Below are positions 28,099-36,722 of a stretch of 64,000 bases of DNA, piece after piece. A model generated the notes under the pieces. That model saw nothing but the letters and a program-made list of their open reading frames with translations. It made no database searches and had not been told where the DNA came from. Within the stretch, counting starts at the first letter, position 1, and every line of letters starts with the position of its first letter. The stretch lies in the sequence record OQ708376.1, one strand, 5' to 3'. Source of the stretch: Escherichia phage vB_EcoM_CRJP21. The position numbers and the translations under genes are program-made.

Positions 28099-28713
28099 AT
28101 GACTACATCGGAAAAGTACTGGTGGATTTTGGCTCATCCTAAATTCATAAACAAAGATATGGTTCCAGCTAGGATTGATATAGAACCTCATGATGTGTGT
28201 CCAATGACAAATCGAATTGAAGATTTCAAAGCATTGAATACAAAGACTCAATTTTGGGTAGAATTTCTTTCACCAATGTATATTGAGCAAGACGACGAAT
28301 GGGTACAAGCACATGATTATCAATTGGATTGTGGTGGTGATACGTATGAAGAGGCGATTGATAAATTATACAAAAATGTGCTAAACACATATGGTGATTA
28401 CACCCAACAAGAAGCAGATAACACATTTAATAAGATCCATGCATTCAAATCTACTCCATCAATTTTTAATCCTACTAAAACTGTTTGGGAGGAACGACAC
28501 AGTTGGAGTTCATGTGTAATCGATGAAGAAACCAAAGAAAAAATCATCGATGATATAAAAAATTTAAAAAATACGATAGAAGCCTTGCGTGAATTCATAA
28601 TGTCTTGTACAATAGAACAACAGAAAGAGGCAAAGATACATTTGGAGAGTGAAGAATGTAAACTTTGGGTTCTAGAGAAATCTATTGAAAAGGGTATAGA
28701 CTTAGACTTATGA
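28099..28713 (+). CDS. hypothetical protein
   Basis: ATG 28099 after GGAG. Confidence 0.5.
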   Translation: MTTSEKYWWILAHPKFINKDMVPARIDIEPHDVCPMTNRIEDFKALNTKTQFWVEFLSPMYIEQDDEWVQAHDYQLDCGGDTYEEAIDKLYKNVLNTYGDYTQQEADNTFNKIHAFKSTPSIFNPTKTVWEERHSWSSCVIDEETKEKIIDDIKNLKNTIEALREFIMSCTIEQQKEAKIHLESEECKLWVLEKSIEKGIDLDL

Positions 28714-29078
28714 ATAGTAAATTGAAGAAACTAATCGAAGAATTACGCCAGATGCCACCTATTGAACAAGTAGGAAATTACAAACGGTATCGTGTTATTG
28801 CTCGTGCACTTGATAAAAAAGGTAGAGTACTGGCAACTCGCACAAATTCTTATACACAGACTCACCCAGTACAGAAGGGTTTCGCCATTCGTGCTGGGCG
28901 ACCGCAAGGTGAGTTTCTTCATGCTGAAATTTCATGTTTACTGGCTGCTCGTACTGATGTTCATACTTTACTGATTGCACGGATAAGTAAAGATGGAATT
29001 CCTGTTCCGGCTAAACCATGTGAAATTTGCTCATTAGCAATAAAAGAATATGGGGTGAAAGAGATTATCCACACATGA
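28710..29078 (+). CDS. CDA-fold zinc deaminase-like protein
   Basis: HAE ... PCEIC zinc-binding signature in a 122-aa protein. Confidence 0.55.
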   Translation: MNSKLKKLIEELRQMPPIEQVGNYKRYRVIARALDKKGRVLATRTNSYTQTHPVQKGFAIRAGRPQGEFLHAEISCLLAARTDVHTLLIARISKDGIPVPAKPCEICSLAIKEYGVKEIIHT

Positions 29079-29296
29079 AAATTGAAAGATATGCTAAGCA
29101 TACTGTTGGGTGTGTAAATGATATATTCTATTATTATATTTTTGCACCTGAACTACGTTTTCAAATCACAACATACAATGATGGCAGATTTAAAGATACA
29201 AACTTCCTCATAACCGACTTAGCAAAGTATGCGAATACAGAACATTTTAATCATTTAGTATTTGTGTACTGTATACCAAACCCAAATAAAAAGTAG
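29075..29296 (+). CDS. hypothetical protein
   Basis: ATGA overlap with previous stop. Confidence 0.4.
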   Translation: MKIERYAKHTVGCVNDIFYYYIFAPELRFQITTYNDGRFKDTNFLITDLAKYANTEHFNHLVFVYCIPNPNKK

Positions 29297-29306
29297 GAGA
29301 TTAAAA

Positions 29307-29666
29307 ATGGCTAAAACAATTTCTTTAAAAAATGAAAATGTAGGACAACGCAAAGATGGTTTCTTTGGTTTTTCTTGGACAACATTATTCTTTGGACCGT
29401 TCCCTGCATTGTTTCGTGGTGACTTTATTACGTTCATCGGTGCATTTGTAATTTACTTCATCCTCAACGCAGTGTCATTTTGGATTGTGGGTACAATTGC
29501 AATGGTTGTATGGGCATTTCTTTATAATAAGTACTACACCGTGAATCTCATCAAGAATGGGTATAAATTCAATGGCACACATGAAGAAAATGCTGAAGCT
29601 GCAATGGCTTTGCAAATTGATTTGAATAAAAACAACACAGTTGATAAAAATAAAGATCCTGAATAA
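29307..29666 (+). CDS. membrane protein
   Basis: ATG 29307 after AGGAG; two TM helices. Confidence 0.5.
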   Translation: MAKTISLKNENVGQRKDGFFGFSWTTLFFGPFPALFRGDFITFIGAFVIYFILNAVSFWIVGTIAMVVWAFLYNKYYTVNLIKNGYKFNGTHEENAEAAMALQIDLNKNNTVDKNKDPE

Positions 29667-29885
29667 ATGGAAAAATACGATATAATTTACGATTATTATG
29701 GTAAGGCTTATATGAAGTGTGGGCGTTATGTTGAACTCTCTAATAGAGAATCAATAGATCCCCACACTCTTATAACAATTCATAATTCGTACTATAAAAA
29801 AGTTACAATAGCTAATTTTGCAACATACGTAAATAATCCTTTATTTCCTTACATTATTCAGTACTACTGTAGAGTTATCAAATAA
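29667..29885 (+). CDS. hypothetical protein
   Basis: 72-aa ORF. Confidence 0.4.
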   Translation: MEKYDIIYDYYGKAYMKCGRYVELSNRESIDPHTLITIHNSYYKKVTIANFATYVNNPLFPYIIQYYCRVIK

Positions 29886-29897
29886 GGTAAAAAAGAA

Positions 29898-30308
29898 ATG
29901 TTAGCTGATGAATTTATGTCACTAAGTATCAAGATATTTGATATACTAGGTGATGAAACAGATTTCAATCTAAGCGACAAAGATATTCCATTGGAAGATG
30001 GTGGATACTTTTTTGCGATTGGAACTACGTATAATCTGGATCTTTCAAAGCCTATCAGTGATGATAGTGATTATAATGCAACAACATATTTTGATTTCCA
30101 GCTTGATGGACATAAAGAGCGTTTACTAACGTACAGACGTAAAGGTAGTTTCAATAGAACCGAGATTACAATAATGGATTTTGAAAAACGCATTGAACTA
30201 GCTAAGAAACATCCATTCATCAGTACTCATACATTTAATAGCCTAATCGATCTATTAGATAATTATCCATATACAATCCGAGGGTCGTTACGTTTAAATG
30301 CAGAATGA
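29898..30308 (+). CDS. hypothetical protein
   Basis: 136-aa ORF. Confidence 0.5.
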   Translation: MLADEFMSLSIKIFDILGDETDFNLSDKDIPLEDGGYFFAIGTTYNLDLSKPISDDSDYNATTYFDFQLDGHKERLLTYRRKGSFNRTEITIMDFEKRIELAKKHPFISTHTFNSLIDLLDNYPYTIRGSLRLNAE

Positions 30309-30483
30309 AATCTTCAAAAAAGAATACGATGGTGAAAGTCTCTATGATATTCAAAGAGACGTACATGAAGCATTCGATTCAAGATTTAACCCATTAGCTG
30401 AACAAATCCCACAAGATGAGTTTGGTTTTCAGGAAGGCACTTTCACAGTGACTATTACATGGAGTCCAGATGAGACTAGCTAA
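30298..30483 (+). CDS. hypothetical small protein
   Basis: 61-aa ORF. Confidence 0.4.
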   Translation: MQNEIFKKEYDGESLYDIQRDVHEAFDSRFNPLAEQIPQDEFGFQEGTFTVTITWSPDETS

Positions 30484-30586
30484 ACTTGTCATAGGTTGTA
30501 GTGCACTTGCTGCATATATGCTTTTTTCCGCACCAACCAATGTATTACTGTTAATTTGGGCAGTTGTTATATTAGCAGTACTTTAA
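30470..30586 (+). CDS. possible small hydrophobic peptide
   Basis: 38 codons ending immediately before terminator. Confidence 0.25.
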   Translation: MRLAKLVIGCSALAAYMLFSAPTNVLLLIWAVVILAVL

Positions 30587-30608
30587 AGCACCCTAGTGGT
30601 GCTTTTTC
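30586..30608 (+). terminator. intrinsic terminator
   Basis: AGCACCC / GTGGTGCT stem then TTTTT. Confidence 0.55.
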
Positions 30609-30682
30609 TATTTGTGCAAATAAAAACCAATGTGACTTTTCCTTGATATAGGTCAAGAGAAATAACCTGTTCTGACGCTATA

Positions 30683-32551
30683 ATGTTGTCTGGTGATATT
30701 AAATATCTTCACCCCCAGATGATTTCAAAATACAAGGAATGTACAATGCAATTAGATAAATTATATACTGACGTAACGAATTTCCTCAATCAGAGCAATA
30801 CTGATCTTACCAACGAAAATGCGAACAAAGATGCGAAATGCGTCAATACACACAGGGATTTACTTGCAGGTATCCTATCTAAGCATTATTCACAAGATGT
30901 TATTCCAAATGAGCTAATGCAGTGGCATAATGATGGTTATGGTCATATTCATGATTTAGACTACTATATCAGCCCATTAACCAACTGTTGCTTAGTTAAC
31001 TACCCAGATATGCTAAAAAATGGATTTACCATTGGTTGTGCCAAAATTGAAGAACCAAAGAGTTTTAGTGTAGCATGTACAGTACTGACACAGATTGTAC
31101 AAGCTGTAGCTAGTTCCCAATACGGCGGTCAATCGTTGGCTCACATTGATGTCGGTTTAGAACCTTACGTTCAAAAGTCATGGGATAAGCTGTTAGAAAA
31201 ACAAAAGAAATATAATCTAAGTGATGAGTTCATTGAAGAAGAATTACGAAAAGAAGTATACGATGGATGTCAAACATTACTTTACCAGACTAATTCAATG
31301 ATTAGCACTAATGGACAAGCTGCATTCATTTCTCTTAGTTTAGGGCTTAATACTTCTAAATTTGGTAAATTAATCACTGAACAGTACTTAAAAGTTCATG
31401 AGAATGGTTTAGGTAAAGATAAGATTACTCCAGTGTTTCCTAAAGTTATTTTCTTTCTACAAGATGGTATAAACATGAATGCAAATGATAGTAATTATGA
31501 CCTTAAACATTTAGCTATGCGTTGTGCATCAAAACGAATCTACCCAGACTTTGTTTCAGTACCATTAAATCACAAAGTGACTGGAAGTAGTAGTACTGCT
31601 GTAACACCGATGGGCTGTCGTTCATTCTTAGGAAAATGGGAAGATTCAAATGGAAATGAACAATACAACGGTCGTTTCAATTTAGGTGTGGTTTCTATCA
31701 ATTTACCTCTAATTGCTCTTGAGAGTACTTCTGACGGAGAGTTTTTTGATAAGATAGACGAGCATATGAATATTGCATATCGTGCTCAGATGAACCGTGT
31801 GGAGCGTTTAAAAGGCACTAAAGCGAAGCAGAATCCAATTTTGTTCATGGAAGGTGCATTATCACGTTTAGGTGCAGAAGAAACCATTGACAAGCTATTT
31901 TACAATGGTTATGCTAGTATTAGTATTGGTTATGTTGGTCTTGTTGAATGTTCAGAAATCCTCACTGGTTCTATCAGTAAGGAGTTTTGTATGTCAGTAC
32001 TGAATTATATGAAAGTAAAATGTGATGAGTTCAAAAAAGAAAGTAATATTGCTTTTAGTCTATATGGAACTCCAGCAGAGTCGCTTTGTTATAAATTTGC
32101 ACGTTGCATTGAAGCAAAATATCCTTCAGTACTAAAACGTGATTACATCACAAATTCCTTCCATCAACCAGTATGGGTAGAAAGTTCTCCATTTGATAAA
32201 TGGAGTTATGAAGAAGGGTTTGCTTACCTAAGTAACGGTGGAAATATCAGTTATGTTGAATCTCCAAACTTAGCAAACAACATTCAAGCACTTGAAACAT
32301 TAGTTAACTATGCGTACACTAAGATACCATATTTTGGTATTAACCAACCAGTTGACCATTGTTATGAATGTGGCTTCCAGGGTGAGTTCAGTGTAGATAA
32401 ACATGGTTTCCACTGTCCTGTATGTGATAATCGTAATGAGAAGACAATCTCAGTGATTCGTCGTGTTTCTGGGTACTTGGGTAATCCTTCTTCGCGTGGC
32501 TTCAATAAAGGCAAGCAACAAGAGTGTTGTGAGCGTATTCAGCACAAATAA
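30683..32551 (+). CDS. nrdD: anaerobic ribonucleoside-triphosphate reductase
   Basis: colinear with T4 NrdD (NENANKD, TNCCLV, C-terminal Cys cluster, glycyl-radical RVSGYLG); true start may be ATG 30746 (AAGGAA RBS); no intron. Confidence 0.85.
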   Translation: MLSGDIKYLHPQMISKYKECTMQLDKLYTDVTNFLNQSNTDLTNENANKDAKCVNTHRDLLAGILSKHYSQDVIPNELMQWHNDGYGHIHDLDYYISPLTNCCLVNYPDMLKNGFTIGCAKIEEPKSFSVACTVLTQIVQAVASSQYGGQSLAHIDVGLEPYVQKSWDKLLEKQKKYNLSDEFIEEELRKEVYDGCQTLLYQTNSMISTNGQAAFISLSLGLNTSKFGKLITEQYLKVHENGLGKDKITPVFPKVIFFLQDGINMNANDSNYDLKHLAMRCASKRIYPDFVSVPLNHKVTGSSSTAVTPMGCRSFLGKWEDSNGNEQYNGRFNLGVVSINLPLIALESTSDGEFFDKIDEHMNIAYRAQMNRVERLKGTKAKQNPILFMEGALSRLGAEETIDKLFYNGYASISIGYVGLVECSEILTGSISKEFCMSVLNYMKVKCDEFKKESNIAFSLYGTPAESLCYKFARCIEAKYPSVLKRDYITNSFHQPVWVESSPFDKWSYEEGFAYLSNGGNISYVESPNLANNIQALETLVNYAYTKIPYFGINQPVDHCYECGFQGEFSVDKHGFHCPVCDNRNEKTISVIRRVSGYLGNPSSRGFNKGKQQECCERIQHK

Positions 32552-32559
32552 GGTAAATT

Positions 32560-32892
32560 ATGGATTTAAAGCCAATTGTGGTTAACAAATACAAAGAACC
32601 GTATGATGTGTATATTGGACGTGGGTCTAAATGGGGAAACCCATTTACCCATATTAAAGATAAACAAACCAAAGCCGAGTTCATTGTTAGTACAAGAGAA
32701 GAATCAATTGAAAAATTCAGAGAATACATTATTGAACGTATTTCTTGTGGAGAAGTTAAGATTGATGAATTACTTGAACTCGCAGGGAAACGCCTTGGTT
32801 GTTTCTGTAAACCAAAATCATGTCACGGCGATGTTCTTGTCGAAATAGTGAGTGCAATATTAGATGAATTACCAGACGATAATCAAGGATGA
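32560..32892 (+). CDS. hypothetical protein (possibly DUF4326-like)
   Basis: 110 aa; YDVYIGRGSKWGNPF motif. Confidence 0.5.
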   Translation: MDLKPIVVNKYKEPYDVYIGRGSKWGNPFTHIKDKQTKAEFIVSTREESIEKFREYIIERISCGEVKIDELLELAGKRLGCFCKPKSCHGDVLVEIVSAILDELPDDNQG

Positions 32893-33334
32893 TTTAGTAA
32901 ATGGAGAGGGCGTTCGCTGCTCTTTATTTGTTAGTGGGTGTTCGCACGGATGTGATGGTTGCTTCAATGAAGAAGCATGGGACTACCGAAGTGGACAAGA
33001 GTTCAGTACTGAAACAGTTGAGATTATACTACAGGAACTAAAAAAACCATATGTTAGTGGTTTGTCACTTCTAGGCGGCGATCCATTAATGAAAAAGAAT
33101 ATAGATGAAGTTTTAAATCTATGCAAAGTAGTTAAAGAAACTTATCCTAGTAAAACTATTTGGTGCTGGAGTGGGTATACTTTAGATGAGATTATGAAAA
33201 ATCATGCTAAAGATATACTTCAGTACTTAGATGTATTAGTTGATGGTAAATTTATTGAGTCCGAAAAGAATTTAAAATTACCTTTCCGTGGTTCAAATAA
33301 TCAAAGAATACTATATAAAAATAAAGATTTTTAG
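32864..33334 (+). CDS. nrdG: NrdD-activating radical SAM protein
   Basis: CSHGCDGC (CxxxCxxC) near N-terminus; immediately downstream of nrdD. Confidence 0.8.
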   Translation: MNYQTIIKDDLVNGEGVRCSLFVSGCSHGCDGCFNEEAWDYRSGQEFSTETVEIILQELKKPYVSGLSLLGGDPLMKKNIDEVLNLCKVVKETYPSKTIWCWSGYTLDEIMKNHAKDILQYLDVLVDGKFIESEKNLKLPFRGSNNQRILYKNKDF

Positions 33335-33336
33335 CA

Positions 33337-33362
33337 TAAGCACCCGTTGGGTGCTTTTTTAT
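33337..33362 (+). terminator. intrinsic terminator
   Basis: AAGCACCC-gtt-GGGTGCTT then TTTTTT. Confidence 0.65.
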
Positions 33363-33368
33363 TATGTA

Positions 33369-33376
33369 TATAAATA
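33369..33376 (+). promoter_or_regulatory. T4-type late promoter motif TATAAATA
   Basis: exact TATAAATA ~35 nt upstream of ATG 33411. Confidence 0.45.
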
Positions 33377-33410
33377 CATTAACTAATATCTAATTTATAA
33401 GGGATATATA

Positions 33411-36107
33411 ATGTCAAAGAAAATATATGGTGGCTTAGATGTCACACATAATGTGACAGTTAATGGTAAAAGAACAATTCAAGGAATAAATGAACAAGTT
33501 TTTGATTCCAACGGTAACTTGGAATTAGATACTTATTCCAGAGATGAAGTACTAGATATAGTAAGTATGATGCCAATCTCCCATTATGGTTCACAAAACT
33601 ATCTACCTGCGGGTGTATCTGGGGATTTCAATGGTGCATCAGAAAACCAGTCACAACGTAGAAATAAAATTTTATTAGAAAACGATGGTACACTAGTACT
33701 TTTACGTAGTGGGACAAACGGTAGTGTTGAGGGATTATTTTATTCATATTTGGCTAACGCATTATCAGTTGATGACATGAGCCGTACAATTAACACTAGT
33801 CGTCAATACAAGCCTGGGTTTTTTGGTTCAAATAGAGTTGCGATTGGTTTATACAATACTGATCCAAATATTTTACTCGGTAGATATATTGATACTTCTA
33901 ACAGTACTAATGGTTTGTTCATATCAATTACCAATGGTACATTAGATGATAAATTGCATACTGGTTTTTTCGTTAACCAAGCAGATATATCACCTGAAGG
34001 TGGTATTGAATATGCTATGATGGCAGAAGATGGTTCTATATATGTTTTTAACGTACTTAATGAAAATAACCAACTACAATTAGTTGTTGTTAAAGTTGTT
34101 TATAATATAAGCAATGGTACTTATACTGCAACTCGAATTACTGGATGGACTACAAAAACATTCTATAATACAACTTATTCTGCACAGAATAACATGGTTA
34201 TTACTAATCAAGTAACTTCAACTAATATAGCAGATAAGCCTTATGTGTATGTACCACAAAACCTACGTGGTATTGGGATTTATATGACATCCATTGATTT
34301 GTATGTTGCACAGCAACCAGGAACACAGAACTTTCGTTTTAGAATGAATGGTGATGCATGGTTTACAATGGCGACATATAATGTCCGACCACAACATAGC
34401 TACAGCTTTGCATTTAATATGAGTACTAAACAATGCACCCTAGACGCTGGGAATGACATAGGTTCATATCAAGCACCATTGGTTATAACCAATACTGGCT
34501 CTGCATTAGTGCCTACAGGTAACGTTTTAAATAATGATCCATTATATAATCATGCTGGTGCAAGAAACATTTATAGTTCATATTTTTATTTGAATTCTGG
34601 TGAAGCTTTTTGTACTGCATGTCCAAACTTAGCAGAACCATTACTTATGCAAAAAGCTAAGTTTCCTATTCAAATAGTTTATAGTATGCTGAATGTCCGT
34701 GCTGTACTTTCTACTGACTTCAAAGGTGGTATAGTTCGCCCGTCTTTTGGTTCAGCGGTTGGTTCATTTATTAATGGTGTAGAATTACTACCAGATAACA
34801 GTACTAAACAATATTCACGTGCATCAGGTAGTGGTGGATTTAGACCATCATATGCAGTTCATAAAAGTACTCCTAATTTTACATTTAAATCATTATCTTT
34901 AGGAACAATACAAGGTTATGAACCTACAGTTGAACGTGCTAATGTTGATGATAATGCAAATAATAGAATTTTTATTAGTAGTATTTCTGGGTCAACTGTC
35001 ACAACCAATGGTGGTATTTTTATGGTTGGGCAACGTTATTCACAATCATTATCCTATGATAAAAACTTAAATGGCACAGGAATTATAAGCGTTACACAAT
35101 CAGTACTGGACAATTTTAGAAATACTGAATATGCCAAAGTTCTAAGTGATTGGAATTTATCAGCACAAGCATACCGTGATATGACACTATTTGTTCCACA
35201 ACAAACAGACATTCCAGCTTTTGTTATGTTGAGTACAATTACTAATGATTATAGAAACTATATTAGAATTGCTGAAGTTAATGTCAATACTAGAGTTGGT
35301 AATATTACATCTATTACATTTAAGCGTTTAGTACTTGAGAATACGTATGGTGATAACTTTACACCAACTGGGAATGGTTCGATTGCATCTTCTTCTGTTG
35401 GTTTGACAATATATGATGGTGGTTCATTCTACTTCATTGGTGGTTCTGACCCATTATCACATCCAACAATAGGTAATACTGCAACTCATCAATTTAGAGC
35501 ATATGTAACTAAATCAACTGCACAATTTACAAGTTTTATAATTACTGGTTCTCATGCCAGTTATGAACAAGGAAGTCAACCAGCAGCGTTACCTGGTATT
35601 GGTTTTGGAATTTTTGAACCAATGGATTACTCAAATAAAATGACATTCAAAAAATATGGAACAACGATTGCAGACTATAATAACTGGACTGCACAAGGTA
35701 GCCCAATTAACGTAGTATCCCAGGACGTTGCTCAAGGGTTTATTGTATATTTTACAGAGGAAACACCAGTTATTCTTTCAGGTAAGTCATTTTCACTACC
35801 AGTTTCAAATATTGATTTGAGAACTATTAAGTCTAATCCAGCAAATACAACATTTTATGTATATGTTAAATTGGAACAAGGATTGGCAAACTATTACATA
35901 ACTACTGATGTTATTTCTGAAACAGGAACAACTGCATATAATATTTTTTGGATAGGTACAATTCAAACTAATGCAATTCAAATCGAAACAATTAATATAC
36001 AAAAACGTTCCCGTTTAGATATATTTGGTGCTTCACTTGAATCAGCAGGTTCATCGTTCCCAGTTAGCTACGGTCTACCATCACAAACAGGAACCATAAA
36101 CTGGTAA
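33411..36107 (+). CDS. large structural-like protein (putative fibre/adhesin), paralog A
   Basis: 898 aa, S/T/N/G/Y-rich; N- and C-terminal modules shared with 36119 and 36723 proteins. Confidence 0.5.
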   Translation: MSKKIYGGLDVTHNVTVNGKRTIQGINEQVFDSNGNLELDTYSRDEVLDIVSMMPISHYGSQNYLPAGVSGDFNGASENQSQRRNKILLENDGTLVLLRSGTNGSVEGLFYSYLANALSVDDMSRTINTSRQYKPGFFGSNRVAIGLYNTDPNILLGRYIDTSNSTNGLFISITNGTLDDKLHTGFFVNQADISPEGGIEYAMMAEDGSIYVFNVLNENNQLQLVVVKVVYNISNGTYTATRITGWTTKTFYNTTYSAQNNMVITNQVTSTNIADKPYVYVPQNLRGIGIYMTSIDLYVAQQPGTQNFRFRMNGDAWFTMATYNVRPQHSYSFAFNMSTKQCTLDAGNDIGSYQAPLVITNTGSALVPTGNVLNNDPLYNHAGARNIYSSYFYLNSGEAFCTACPNLAEPLLMQKAKFPIQIVYSMLNVRAVLSTDFKGGIVRPSFGSAVGSFINGVELLPDNSTKQYSRASGSGGFRPSYAVHKSTPNFTFKSLSLGTIQGYEPTVERANVDDNANNRIFISSISGSTVTTNGGIFMVGQRYSQSLSYDKNLNGTGIISVTQSVLDNFRNTEYAKVLSDWNLSAQAYRDMTLFVPQQTDIPAFVMLSTITNDYRNYIRIAEVNVNTRVGNITSITFKRLVLENTYGDNFTPTGNGSIASSSVGLTIYDGGSFYFIGGSDPLSHPTIGNTATHQFRAYVTKSTAQFTSFIITGSHASYEQGSQPAALPGIGFGIFEPMDYSNKMTFKKYGTTIADYNNWTAQGSPINVVSQDVAQGFIVYFTEETPVILSGKSFSLPVSNIDLRTIKSNPANTTFYVYVKLEQGLANYYITTDVISETGTTAYNIFWIGTIQTNAIQIETINIQKRSRLDIFGASLESAGSSFPVSYGLPSQTGTINW

Positions 36108-36118
36108 AGGATTACATA

Positions 36119-36706
36119 ATGGCATATAAAATAAGAGCAGACCTTAAGGCAATGCAACAAGTTACAGTTCAGGGTAAAAGTACTGGTCTTGGTGTATTAG
36201 GTAATAATATGACTTATTACCCAACAAATTCAAATGGGGAATGTACATTCCCCTCTATTACCAAAGATGAAGTTAACTTTATTGTCAATGGATTACCACT
36301 TACACAATACGGAGAATTGTATGATGACGCTAGTCTAAATATTACTTCATCAGGCTATAGTCTTACATTTAATAGACAGATACCATCATTTATTGGTGGT
36401 TATCTTTATAAATTTCCAGCAGTTTCTATTTTTGCTTCAACTGTTTCATCTGGAACACAAACACAATACGTATATGCAACGTTAGTTCTCGGTGAACCAA
36501 TTTATAAAATATCACCAACACAAATACAAGAATCTGAAATTATAATGTTTATTGGAACACTGACCGTTGGTACAAGTGGTATTACAAATATAAACATTAA
36601 TAAAGTATCCAGATTTAGTACATATAGACCTAGTGTTACACAAAAAGGTTCTTCATTCCCAGTCAGTACTGGAAAACCATCAGAAACTGGTACAATTGGT
36701 TGGTAA
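36119..36706 (+). CDS. short paralog of fibre-like family
   Basis: 195 aa with the shared C-terminal module (RFSTYRPSVTQKGSSFPVSTGKPSETGTIGW). Confidence 0.5.
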   Translation: MAYKIRADLKAMQQVTVQGKSTGLGVLGNNMTYYPTNSNGECTFPSITKDEVNFIVNGLPLTQYGELYDDASLNITSSGYSLTFNRQIPSFIGGYLYKFPAVSIFASTVSSGTQTQYVYATLVLGEPIYKISPTQIQESEIIMFIGTLTVGTSGITNININKVSRFSTYRPSVTQKGSSFPVSTGKPSETGTIGW

Positions 36707-36722
36707 ATTAAGGAAAAGAAAG

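Noticed and set aside
30683-32551. Group I intron in nrdD (as in T4 nrdD/sunY)
   Set aside because: The NrdD reading frame is continuous and colinear with T4 NrdD from the NENANKD region to the glycyl-radical motif.
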